A DNA stretch of 64,000 bases, taken from the NCBI GenBank assembly GCA_965645245.1, contig OZ287081.1, positions 1,488,001 through 1,552,000 on the forward strand. Reading direction: 5' to 3'. The notes under the pieces were generated by a model. The model saw only the letters and a program-made list of their open reading frames with translations, searched no databases and was not told the DNA's origin. Positions 25,864-37,704 of the stretch are shown here, one piece after another. This DNA comes from Massalongia carnosa. Taxonomy: Eukaryota. Position 1 is the first letter of the stretch. Each line of letters starts with the position of its first letter. A program made the position numbers and the translations under genes.

Positions 25864-26531
25864 GACTTTGATGTACACCCGAGAATCTGAGAATCACGGA
25901 TAAGGAAGGATCTTGAGAGGCATCTTATATCTCCGAATCCGACGTCGCTGCAAACCTGAAACGGTATTGGGAGTTTCTGCATCAAGCTTCGGATCAAGTG
26001 GTCGGTATACCTAAATCAAACCCGTGAACGGTTTTGTTACGAACCGACAAATCACCATTCATTCTTGCCTCTGTACCTCAGATGTGCCGGGCTAAGCCCC
26101 TTCGGGTTAGCCTTACATAACGTTAAGCCCCTTCAGGTTAACAGGCTGACTACGCAGCACATCTGTGCACGTCTGAGCGCAAAACTCAAGATTACGGTCA
26201 GATATAGCTTAACGATCACGACGAGAACGATTTCGACCTTATGGAACAATGTCACAACTTCATTACTTTCATGTTTGTAATATCGTCGTCACTTGATATT
26301 ATCATGATCAATGTATAGTTGATTTTTTTGTCATAAATTTCAATGTTTATTTATGTTTATAACGTGTAGAGCAATTTTACATACATCTTGTTACTTTCGT
26401 CAAGTCTATTCTCGATTTCAATGCGAAGTGCAATCAGATTGCCCCCACATGAACTTTATCTGTGCCGCGTAGCTGGCACTCAGTCCTGCGGACTGAGTGC
26501 CGAACACCCATATAACCGTTTCACCCATATA

Positions 26532-28345
26532 ACGTAATTTACCCTCATTCGGGTCAGCCCCCCATTCGGGTCACCCCATTAAAATCTAGCGACCGAAAAA
26601 AATTCTATCCTGTTTATCCACCACCACCATATATTTATCTATTAATTATAGATAAAATGTCCATTAATATGCCTACAATTGACTCTGCTACTAGATTACA
26701 GTTGGCTATCGAAGAATTAGCCAAAAATCCGGGCATTTCGCAGCGGGAAATAGCGCGCCTCTACGGAGTTCCTCAGTCGACTTTACAGGCCCGGCTCAAA
26801 GGCAGGCGGGCCGCAAAACACTATCATCAAGCCGCCCAAAGGCTATCCGTCCACGAAAAACAGGCTCTGATTGATTGGATAGAGCGGATGACCTCATGGG
26901 GTTGGCCGCCTCGTATCCAACATTTGGCCAGAAGTCTCCTGAACGCCAAAGGGGACAAAAATCCGTTGGGTCGTCATTGGTATCAAAAGTTCCTGAAAAG
27001 GCATCCCGATTTCAAAATCAAATACAATAGAAACCTCGATCAATCCAGAAAGGACGCTGGTAGTCCCGAAATTTTGCGTGATTGGTTCGAATTGTACACG
27101 ACCACCTTGGTCAAATATTGGATTTCAGATGAAGATACTTACAACATGGATGAAAAGGGCTTTGCTATGGGCATCGCAGACAGTTCGAAGGTCATAATCA
27201 AAGGAACAACAACACCATTCAATGTGCATCCGGGACATAGGGACTGGGTTTCTCTTATTGAGTGCATATCATCCCGCGGAACAGTTCTTCCGGCTTATAT
27301 CATTTTCCAAGGTGCCCAAGTTCAACCTGCATGGTATGATGCCATGGAGACGAAGGCAGATACCGTTCGGGTCAGTCCCAATGGTTGGACGGATGCGGAG
27401 ATAGGCCTTCATTGGTTGCAAACGGTGTTCAATAAGCATACAAAACCTGAACGAGGCATGTATAGGATGCTAATTGTAGATGGCCATGAGAGTCACGTCT
27501 CCATTCCTTTTATGGAGTTTTGTGCCCAAGAGAAAATCATACCCCTTTGTTTGCCACCACATTCAACTCATTTATTGCAGCCCCTGGATGTCGGTGTTTT
27601 TGGCCCTTTATCTAAGGCCTATAAAACAACTCGTTTCCAGCCAATCACGTTACGGGGCTGTGACTATTTCTAAGCTAGATTTTTTGCGCCTTATTCAGGT
27701 GGCTAGGAAACAGGCCATTACTACTACTAACATCATGAGTGCATGGCGGGGGGCAGGCCTCATCCCATTTAATCCAGGGCATGTTCTAGGCAAGTTGCCT
27801 AGGCCTATCACACCTCCTACCTATCCAAACACCGTCACCGATGCCCCCCAAACGGAGCAGCGAATCCAGGAAGTCAGTGATGCCATTATATCCTGTATAA
27901 CTCCATCTCTTCGCGCGCATGTTGAGTTGCTTAAAACAACTGCTTTGAATGCCGTCGCTGATAGGGTTATTCTAAGACACACCAATCAAGAACTGCTTGA
28001 TAAAAAGGCTCAGGGACGTCAAAAGCATCCAGAAAGGGGGGTGTTAAAGCGAGGGTGCTGACTGTGGGTGAAGGGCAGGCGATTGCGGAGGAAAAACAGA
28101 GGAAGGAAGAAGTATTGGCCAAACAAAAGGAACGGTACCATGCTTTAAATGGTAAAGTAAAGTTCGCAAAGGCCGTATGGAAGGAAATGCAGATGGATAG
28201 TGATGTTTTTAGTTAGTTTTGGGGATGGTGGAAGCAATGTAATATTTTTCTTTGGTGTAGGGCGAAGGTTTTTTTTTTTGGTGGGGTGACCCGATTGGGT
28301 GGCTGACCCGAATGGGGGGCTGACCCGAATGGGGGTAAATTACGT
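26532..28345 (+). mobile_element. Fot1-like DNA transposon 'C' (1814 bp, defective), inserted in the end of B
   Basis: Termini ACGTAATTTACCC...GGGTAAATTACGT with subterminal CCCATTCGGGTCA repeats and TA at 26530-26531 and 28346-28347. B's sequence CACCCATATA|ACCGAAAATTT resumes after it. Confidence 0.93.
26657..28215 (+). pseudogene. Frameshifted pogo/Fot1 transposase of element C
   Basis: HTH region plus NMDEKGF, LIVDGHESH and QPLDVGVF (DD35D). Homology to the intact F transposase continues across frameshifts near 27625 and 28030. Confidence 0.88.
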
Positions 28346-28386
28346 TAACCGAAAATTTCACCTACAGGCCCAAAAACATCAGGTTA

Positions 28387-30002
28387 TCAACGTTTTGATA
28401 AACCATACGAGCCATTCACTATATAATATGGTATCTTCCGTTTCAACTCCCTAAATATCGGCCCCCATCGCTTTCGTTGTTGACGATCAGCCTTCTTCTG
28501 ACGATCCGACTCCAATTGCTCCTCTTCCTCCTTTCGCTCGAAAGTCATTCTTCTGCATTGATCCACCTGAATAACTCCATGCTTGCTCTGGTTGGCCCTC
28601 ACCTTTCGAGCGTTTTCGGCTGCTTTAGTCAGTGCTAATTGATCCGATAACAGCTCGCTTTCTCGAGCACATGCTAAAGCGCCTTTGACGAATTTTGGAT
28701 ATTGAGCCTCAATTTCATACGAAGCTTGAAGCAAAGCACTCAAATTCTTCGGATTTTACGGGTCCGAAAGATCATTATCCGAATGATCAGGTGTTTGATC
28801 ATAAATATCAGCAAAAGGATCGGCCTCAATGTACGAGGCCCCTGATCCCAATTTATCGAAGACAACGGACGGATCGAAAGGAATGATGCCTACGGCCTTC
28901 CATGCTGATTTTATAGTCGAAATTTTGAATGCTTTATTTCGAAACGAGTTGAAAGCATTCAAAAATTCCACCTTATTTAACGTCTCGTCCCCATGGGCCA
29001 TTGCATCCTTAACCGCCTCAGCATGCCAATGTTTCAGGGGCTGAAAAACTACGACGTCCAATGGTTGCAACAGATGAGTCGTATGAGGTGGCAGGCCGAA
29101 GGGGATAATTTTGGCCTCATTGCAGTACTCAATAAATTCAATATATGATGCGACCCATAACCATCCATCATTAGCAGTCGATACGCCCCTTTTTGACTCT
29201 TTGAGGAGTGCTTATCGACATGCTTCAGCCATTCTATAGATAACCAGTCATTTGAATAACCAGTCTCGGCTGTCGAAAGCATGACTCCACTCAAATCATT
29301 TTCGGCCCATGAACCTTGAATCATCAATCCACTGAGTATGAGAAATGAAGGAATGCTGCCCCCAGCGCCATTTATACATTCGATGGCTGTCAAACTTTCA
29401 CGATTGTCTGGATCTTTAGAAAACACCTTTTTCTGCTTGTCATCTGCTAAAGTAATGACCCAATCTGATCGTGCGATGCCCAATCGAAAGCCCGTCTCAT
29501 CAAAATTCCATTTGTCCTCATCACATATGCCATGCTCATGCACTATCTGACTGTACTGATTAAAATGAGATCGTAAAACGACCGGATCCTCCGCATTCTT
29601 TCGTACGGCTGCAATAGGCTTGCGTTTAATCTTCTGAAATTCAGAATGACGACTCATCCATCGCGTGGCCCATGCATGACTCAATGGTTGTGGTGGGGTC
29701 GAATCAGTCCAGCCCTGCATTAGCAACTTATTGGCAGCTGCTTCTATCATTCGAAGACGAGGATAAAGGCCTAATGCGATCATTCGTTGAATATATAAGA
29801 CTAAGGCTAAGTCTTGATCAGATGATAATCGACGTCCATGCAGTCCTCGTACGTCAGATGCGGGGGGAAGTCGAAAACGAAGTCGCTGCGAAGGCACGTC
29901 GAATTGACGCGCAATTTTAGCTCTTTTAGCTGTAGGATTTTTTCGTAGATGATCAATAGCTAGTTGAATTCGAGCCTCAATTTCCTGATAAGTGGAAGAC
30001 AT
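28387..30002 (-). pseudogene. Frameshifted pogo/Fot1 transposase of element B
   Basis: WNFDETGF and LLMMDGYGSH are in one frame, QPLDVVVFQPLKHWH in the next, and the C-terminus in a third ORF (28743-28387). Confidence 0.88.
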
Positions 30003-30440
30003 GATGATGTTGATGATAATTTATCAAGGTGGTTGGTCAAAATATTTAAATTTTCGGTTATATGGGTGTTCGGCACTCAGTCCACAGGACTGAGTGCCAG
30101 CTACGCGGCACGGATACAACGAACAGGAATTTCAGGAAACTTTCTATACAAACTCTACTTGAGTTCTTTCGAACAAACAGCCCGTGTCGAAAGAAAAGCA
30201 AGACGTCAAAATGTTGAAAAATCGCAATAATACACGATTTATTACGAATATCTGACCATAATATTGAGTTTTGCGCTCAGACGTGCTATCGCAGCCACGT
30301 TAGTCAGCTGAAACGCTAATCCGAAGGAGCTTAGCGAAATAGGATAACCCGGAGCCCCACGCAAAATTCATTCGATGGTTGGAAAACCCCTTACATAATC
30401 CAAGCCACAGGGAAATACTCAACGAATGATGTCTACCATA

Positions 30441-32992
30441 ATCGTCGGCTCGTTTAGCTCCGTTGGATCCGACTAAAAGGCGTTCGCCTTTTAGTCGGGG
30501 AAAGCGAAGCATCCCGGCAAGCGATGCATCCTGCCAAAATCAGAAAATTTTCAACTTTTTCAACTTTTCTTAGCAACCACCTTGATTTATTGATTCTAAA
30601 TTTCGAAAATTGATACGTATAGCCCTTGCAGCATTTATTCGGTAAAATAACTTCTCAATTACCTCATTTGCAGCACTGTATCGCCTCCGTCGCATTTCCA
30701 GCATTTAACCTTCGTCGCATTTTCAGTCTGCCAAACCAACCATGGATCGTTCCAACGCCGCCCCCCTCACCCCCCTCACCTCATTGGAAGAGGCGAAGCA
30801 ATTTTTGGAGGAACATCCATCCGAAAGCAAGACCACGGCAGCGATAATTTTTGGCCTCAATGTCAAAACATTGACGGCCTCTATTCGACGGAATTCTAGA
30901 ACGAAAAAGGGAGGACAAAATCGAATGATGAAGGATCATGAAATAAGAGCTCTTGATCAATTTATTCGATCTTTATTGGCACATGGAATTCCGCCTACAC
31001 ATCAGATTGTTTTCAATGCAATTGGAAGTCTGAAGAGAGCTCATGATCCTGCCTTCGTAGGTCCATCTCAAAGATGGTTTCGGAGTTGGTGGAAAAGTAG
31101 CGGTCTTCATAAAATAAAGACAAAACCATTGCCAATGACACGTTTTGAAGCAGCCCACGAATCAGGTTTGATGCAATGGTTTGAAAATTATAAGCTTGTT
31201 TTAGAAGAATTGGAAATTCGTCATCGACGAAACATTCTGAATTTCGATGAGGCGGGGTTTCGTATCGGCTGCATGAAGGGGCAGGAAGTTCTGCTTCCCC
31301 CAGATATCAGACAATTTTACGCTGTTAGCCCGGAAAACCGCAGATCTGCGACCATCATGGAGACAATAAATGCCGCCGGCGATTTCCCCCCCCCTCCCAT
31401 GATTATCATACAAGGGCATGACATCATGGCTACCTGGTTTTCAGAAGATTTGCCGCAGGGCACACGTATCGTACCTTCGAACAGTGGTTTTACATCTGAT
31501 AAGATAGGGATTGAATATCTGCAGCATCTCATCAAGCACACAGATTGCGGACCTGATGCGGATTGGAAATTGCTGCTGATGGATAATCATGGCAGTCATA
31601 TAACTCCTGAATTTGTCAAATTGGCTAATGAGAATCGGATTCGTCCCTTTCCATTTATTCCGCATTTGACTCATTGCATGCAACCATTGGATGTAGGCGT
31701 ATTTGAGCCTTATAAACATTGGCATGACAAAGCTATTTCGGAATTTGTTGCGAAGTCATTTATTGATTATTCTTTGACTCAATTTCTGCAAGATCTCGGC
31801 AAAATCAGAATCAGACATTCAAGCCTTCTACAATTCGACATGCTTTTGAAAAGTCGGGAATGTGGCCTATTAATCTGAAGCAATGCGTCAAACTTTTGAA
31901 AGTTTTCAATCCTGATTCTGATCTAGTCGAGACTGATCCTAAGTTGCCACTGCTACCTCGTCGAACTCATCCTCAGGAAATAGCTGATATAGAGTATGGT
32001 TTTCAGGAATGGGGTCCTAAAATTCAGAAATTCATGCAATGGAGCGATCCTGTCCGTGCTGAGGAATTTAATTCCTTCGTCACCAACACTAGCGAAGTCG
32101 TTTCGAAATCGATTCTCAAAGAGGCAGAACTGACAATGTGGCAAAAGACAAGAATGCAACAGTTGCATGGTCGGAAACTATCTCGCAAGCGATTGAAGCC
32201 CGAAACAGGAAAATTGGGACTTACAAAGGAAGATGCGGATGAAGCTATAGCCATAAAAACTCGACAGGAAGAGGAGGCTGAGAAGAAACGGGCGGACAAT
32301 AACTTCATGAGATTATGGCGAGGTGAAAGAGACGACATTCATGTCAAGGGGGTTGCTGCTCGAAAGGCAGAAAGAGATCGCGTCAAAAGACTGAAAGAAA
32401 TGCAGAAAGGATTCGGTGCCATTCCAGCTGAGATGTATGAGGCAATTCCTGACCCCGAGGCATTATGGAAGGCGACGAATCATGTGTGGATAGCTGAGGA
32501 GGCGAAAAAGGAAGCCAGGAAGAATCCACGTGCCAGTGCCAATGCCAACTATGAAGAAGACGTCACGTTTATTGTAGATGAGGCTGGGACTAGAAATGTA
32601 GATATCCCGGACATTCCAGAAGAAGAAGCATGGCTGCGTGATGATTTCGTATCTTTCGATCTAGGTTTCGAACCGGGAGATGCTTGGGATGGGGAAGATG
32701 CGGGGTATGCGGGGTATGCGGAAGATCAGAATGATCAGAATAGTCAGGGGGATCAGGGGGGTCAGGGGGGTCAGGGGGATGATTTTAATCACGGCTTTGA
32801 TGATGACGATGCCTTTCGAGCTTTTCATGAAATTTAGAATCAATAAATCAAGGTGGTTGCTGAGAAAAGTTGAAAAAGTTGAAAATTTTCTGATTTTGGC
32901 AGGATGCATCGCTTGCCGGGATGCTTCGCTTTCCCCGACTAAAAGGCGAACGCCTTTTAGTCGGATCCAACGGAGCTAAACGAGCCGACGAT
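30441..32992 (+). mobile_element. Long-TIR pogo/Fot1-type transposon 'D' (2552 bp)
   Basis: 164-bp TIRs at 30441-30604 and 32829-32992 (one mismatch seen) starting ATCGTCGGCTCG. TA at 30439-30440 and 32993-32994. Confidence 0.93.
30742..32837 (+). pseudogene. Transposase of D, split by a single-base deletion near 31810
   Basis: LNFDEAGF, LLMDNHGSH and QPLDVGVF (DD35D). D reads AAAATCAGAATCAGACATTC where relative G reads AAAATCAGAAATCATACATTC. Confidence 0.88.
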
Positions 32993-33606
32993 TACAATCA
33001 GCTTGTATATAGTAAAAGACCTTGTTAAGAGCCTTGGGGCGGTAAGCCCCTTTGAAAAAACAATCATAGATTTATAAATACGCGGGTAGCTATTGCTGAG
33101 ATGAAAGAAAGCTGACCACGCCGCAGGTATAGTAAAATAACTTTGCTAGTTTGCCGTCTTTCCCTTCATTTCAAGCTCTGCGCCTGTATGGGATTTTAAG
33201 CCCGATTATTCTCTAGGAAGCGGTTACAAAAACGAGGCAATGGGGCAATGAGGCAATGAAGGAATAAAATCTCCGGCGTATTGGCTAGTTATCGTTGGTC
33301 GCAAGACGTAACAGGTGGTGATCTATCCTGAGCAAATGGCAAGAGGTTGCCACATAGTCCAATGGGACTTGGAAGGGACATGGCTATGAGACCTGGATCC
33401 GAGTTCCATGTGTATACCGGGAGGCGCAGTTAAGTACATAGTTGTATGCTTGCAGGTATTGTAAAAGAGAGGATTGAATCCCCCCGCCTATAACAAACCC
33501 TAGATATAAGCTATATACATACTTCTTCCTCACATTCCTTCCCATCGCTCTCATTATCTCTTCTACCCCACCCCTCCAAAAACCCTTACAATCCAAACAT
33601 CTAAGT

Positions 33607-34581
33607 ATGTCTCCCTTCCCAAACCCCAAACGCCGCCGCCTCAACGCCCCCTCCGCCGCTCTCTTCAAACCCTTCAAATCTCCTCTCAAAAACCCTCATC
33701 GAGCACTGCATCCCAAGCCCTCCACCCCTAACTACCCTACATCACCAACAATACCTCTCAATCCGCCAACCCAGCTTCACAACCCGGCTACGACCACCCG
33801 AAAACCGACAATAGCAATGACCACATACCCCGCCCCTCCTTCCTCCACCTCCTCATTCCCACCCCACCTCCTCAATTTCCAAAAACGCCACACCGCCCTC
33901 CTAACCGCACTCGCCAGCGCGCGCGCCTCCCTTGAAACTCATGCCCAAGCGCTCAAACTCGAAACCAGCAGCACGGATGCCGAGCTAGAGAAGCTGATTG
34001 CTAGATGGACGCGCGCGGGAAGAGAGGCGGCGGAGGTGGTGTTTGAGATTGTGGGGAAAAGGGTGGAGGGTATGGGCGGGATGAGGGGTTGGAGGGCTAT
34101 AGAGAGGGAGAAGGGGATGGGTGGCGGTAGGGATGGCGGTGGGGGCTGGGGGTGGGAGGAAAAGACGATGAAGGAGGAGGAAGGGGAGGAAGGGGAGGAA
34201 GGGGAAGAGGATGGGTATTGGGAAGAAGGGAGAGAGGAAGGGGGTGAACGGACGGAAGATATGGAGGAGGTAAGTTTTCTGTTTCTTTTGAATTATTTTA
34301 TCTCAATTTTTTGGGGGCTCATCTTCTTCTTCCGTATGCCTCTATTCCCTTCTCTTTATATTTCTCCTCATCACCTTAAAAGTCCATCATTGTACCACTT
34401 ATATTCAAACATCTTTTCGCCCTCGAAAAAGGGAAAAAAAGGGTAACAAGCTCAAAACACCAACTAACAGGCTCCTGCCCCTGACTTCCAGGAATTTACC
34501 ATGGACACCATGCTCCGCTCCTTGAACATCGATCTGGACCTCATCGGATACGATACCGAAATGCAAAAATGGCGGGATTGA
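33607..34581 (+). CDS. Sfr1/Mei5 (Swi5-dependent recombination repair protein) homolog, 2 exons
   Basis: Motifs KRRRL...KPFKSPLK and ELEKLIARW...REAAE.VF. After intron 34270-34491 the last exon reads EFTMDTMLRSLNIDLDLIGYD. Confidence 0.8.
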
Positions 34582-35431
34582 GCGAATTTCCCCTCTACAT
34601 TTTTCCTCCTTTGCTTTGGTAGAAAGCCACGCAAAGCTTCGCTAAAGAGGATAGGTGGGGAGCTGGCTAGTTATTGGAGAGGATAGTAAAGGTATGTGTG
34701 GGAATAAACTCTCAGCATTGAACTTTTTAAATCACTTTTATTTTCGGCTGAGGAAGAAAGAAAGAAGAAGAGAGCAGAGCTAAGATGAGTAGAGCAGCCT
34801 AGACCTAGAGCACCGGCTCCATTCTGCTATTCTATAGCTTCCCCGCCAATCACCACCTCCTTCACCACTCCCCGACAGAATAGACAGAATCGAGGTCATA
34901 TGACCCGGGCACCTGCTTATCGGTATGCTTGCTTTGCTTGCTAGAAAGAACAAGATCCCACCAGGGTCGGAAGCCGAGCTCTCAACTGTCGTTATAGGGG
35001 ACTTTTGCCTTGTTGAGGCTTTTGAGCTTGGAAAGAATGAAAGAAAGAAACAAGAAACGGAGGAAGGGATGATAGGCAAGTTCGCTCAATGGCAAGAAAT
35101 CAATAAATACCTAAACCGCGCGTTATTCCTTGAACCGAACTAAACTAAACTAAAATGCATTGAAGTGCACGAAATTCTATCGAATGAAATCAAAATTAAA
35201 AACCTCCGTTTCCTAAAACTCAAGTTCCCCCACTTCCCCTTCAAAAAAGAAAATCCGAAAATCCGAAAAGCGTCTATTTCGCAGCTTACATCCGCATTGT
35301 ATAAATACCGACTGGGGTATTCGCCTCCACCACTGCAGCACGTCCGCGCCATCCAACCCGCCTCCCGAGATGCCATCACGCTGCCTGTCGCTGTTGCTGT
35401 CGCTGTCGTTCCCCTTGTCTCGTTACGAGAT

Positions 35432-36416
35432 TCACCCCCTTCCCACCCCGTCCATCTCCATCTCCGCGGTCGTAGCGGACCCCCTGGGAACGCGCGGCAA
35501 CCACTTACCCGGATGCCACCAGCCCAGCAGGATGATAGCCACGACAATGGGCGCAAACTCCAGCGCGCCGAAGAAGGCCTCGTGGCTACTGGCGTACCCG
35601 CCCACGCCGCCGGCTGTTTCCGCCAGACGGAAGATGGTACGCAGGTAGACGAGCAAGCTGCTTGCGACCAGGGCGGCGTAAAATTGCCTCAAGCTGACCT
35701 TCTGGCGGGCGTCAGGGCTGGCTAGGAACGCGCCTAGCAGGACGAGGAAGGCGAGGAAGCTGGCGACTTGTACCGTCAGGCCGGCGAGGAGGACATTGTT
35801 GCCCCTATCTGGGCTGCGGTTGTTGCTTTCGGACGCGCCGATCAGGGAGGCGCCAGCAACTTGTGCGAGAGTGGTACCAACGTCGGCTGCGACGAAGACC
35901 CAGATGATGGTGCGGCGACGGAGACCTAGCGGTCCGCGCTTCCGGCCTAGGGCCGCAATAATGGCCGTTAGAGTGGTATAGATTCCCGCGGAGAAAAAGA
36001 CAGGGGCAACGACGATGAAGAAGTATTGGATTACGAAGTTGATAACGCTATAGGGATCGCCGACCGGTGGGGGGGAGGAGCGTAGGCGGAAGGCGTAGCC
36101 TATTAGCTCGAAAAGTGCGGTTAAAATGCAGAGAATTGAGAAGGCATATCGGCGGTACTGGTACAGGCGAAGGGAGTGGAGGATAAGGGCGCCGGCGTAG
36201 AGTATCAAGGCAAGGATTGCGAGAGCAAGAGTTGGGGTGTAGCTAGGGTGGTTTGGATTATGGTTAGGTAGGCTGAGGAGAGAAGAGGTTGGGACGATAT
36301 GAGAGGGAGTAGATGAGGTACCCGTAGATGATGATAGGGGCGTCGTTGGGACCGTTAGGGTTGGGTATTGCCGGGTCGACGTAACCACTGGAGCTGTCGT
36401 TTTGAGCTCTCGTCAT
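35432..36416 (-). CDS. RTA1-like (lipid-translocating exporter family) multi-TM protein, 2 exons
   Basis: Exon 1 ends ...PIIIYG and splices to YTPTLAL. Motifs FELIGYAFR, VAPVFFSAGIY, LLAGLTVQV and LRTIFRLAE are present. Confidence 0.88.
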
Positions 36417-37704
36417 TGTGACTGCGGTGTAAATGAATGGATGCAATGATTTGAACCAACAATTGAAAGGCTTTTCCGATAACTTCGTTGAAGTAATATT
36501 TGGTTGGTATTGTTGTACCGAGAAAGAAATGGATTTTTGTGATCGCGCTTTTCAAACACGAATAATTTATCAACAGGGATTTTCAAACTTGATACAGCGC
36601 CTTCACAGCAACGGAGCGAACGAGAGTATACAGAGATAGTTGAGGCATTGCTGCTCGCTGCCGCCCTTCTATATATCAGCGCGTCATAGATCTGGCTGTC
36701 CTCCGAATAGGATCTCATTAAGTCTTGGCATTTCTTCCGCGCGGAAATTGCATTTAGGTGAACGAACGCGTTGGGATCTTGTAGGTATTCCACAGCCTTG
36801 TCAGCTGCCAAATTTACCGCAGCACGTGACGGACAAGAACATGTAAGGAACGAATAAGGATTGAATACTTACTTAAAAGAGTGTAAGGAGTGGCTTTTGA
36901 CAGCACATCACCCTCAGGCCTCGGCAACAAAACATGAACTGTTTTTCCGAATTTGTCATATTCGCAGCTAATCTTGGGGTGGACTAGTGGGAATTATCGC
37001 GTGGTTTACTAAGGAGAGAACTACTTCGTAAATACCAAACCAAGGAATTACTAGTAAAAAGCATAAAATTCTCCGCGAAGATTTGCGTTCCAGAACAACT
37101 CCATTTCGTTAGCTACCCACGCTACCCTACTTAGTTAACCTTAGCCATCTTCGGAATCATGCTTTCCTCCAGTCCTTCTTTCACCACTAGACCTAATTTC
37201 AGTCGTGGTAAAGTTATTTATGCAGTGCTTCACCGTACGGAGTATTCACTGGAGTACTTTGTATTGCCCGAGTGAAGCCTTGAACATGTGATCCTGCAAT
37301 GCAGTGTCCGATGCAGAGTAGAAGCCCACGAAGCCCTAACGATCCCTAACGCGTGTTCCCGGATTTCCGCCCCCTTCGCTAAGAAACCCTGAAAACGTAG
37401 CTAAGGCATGTTTAGGGCTGCAGACTTGCAAAATGGCCCCAATGGGGAGTTAGTGTCGAATATAACACAACGTTAAACCACTGCAGCGGAGTTGATCGTC
37501 GTTGAAACGTCGAGTCAGGCAGGGGTCTGGGCCTCGCTTGCCCTCCACCCCTCAACATGCGCTCGCACTGTCCCAAGTAACGGAGTTCTTACCTATATAT
37601 CCGTAATGGTCCCCCAAATCCGCCTACCTGCTTATTACTCCTAGGGAGCTCCCGTGCCATTGGAATATCCTGTTATACCTCCTTCATTGACATAGCATTT
37701 TGGT

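Larger units (their letters stand above)
26459..30114 (-). mobile_element. pogo/Fot1-type DNA transposon 'B' (defective), inserted in element A
   Basis: ~60-bp TIRs (TCYGTGCCGCGTAGCTGGCACTCAGTCC...) with TA at 26457-26458 and 30115-30116. The empty site GAACTTTACAACG is present in A copy 2 (TA at 53563-53564). Confidence 0.92.
26065..30365. mobile_element. Non-coding TIR element 'A', copy 1 (own sequence 26065-26458 plus 30117-30365), interrupted by nested elements B and C
   Basis: Both parts align colinearly with 53207-53852. An 8-bp direct repeat ATTCATTC flanks it at 26057-26064 and 30366-30373. The right TIR is partly deleted. Confidence 0.85.

Noticed and set aside
31800..31880. Programmed ribosomal frameshift joining the two D ORFs
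   Set aside because: Relative G has one continuous ORF with an extra A at this site, so a simple 1-bp deletion explains it.
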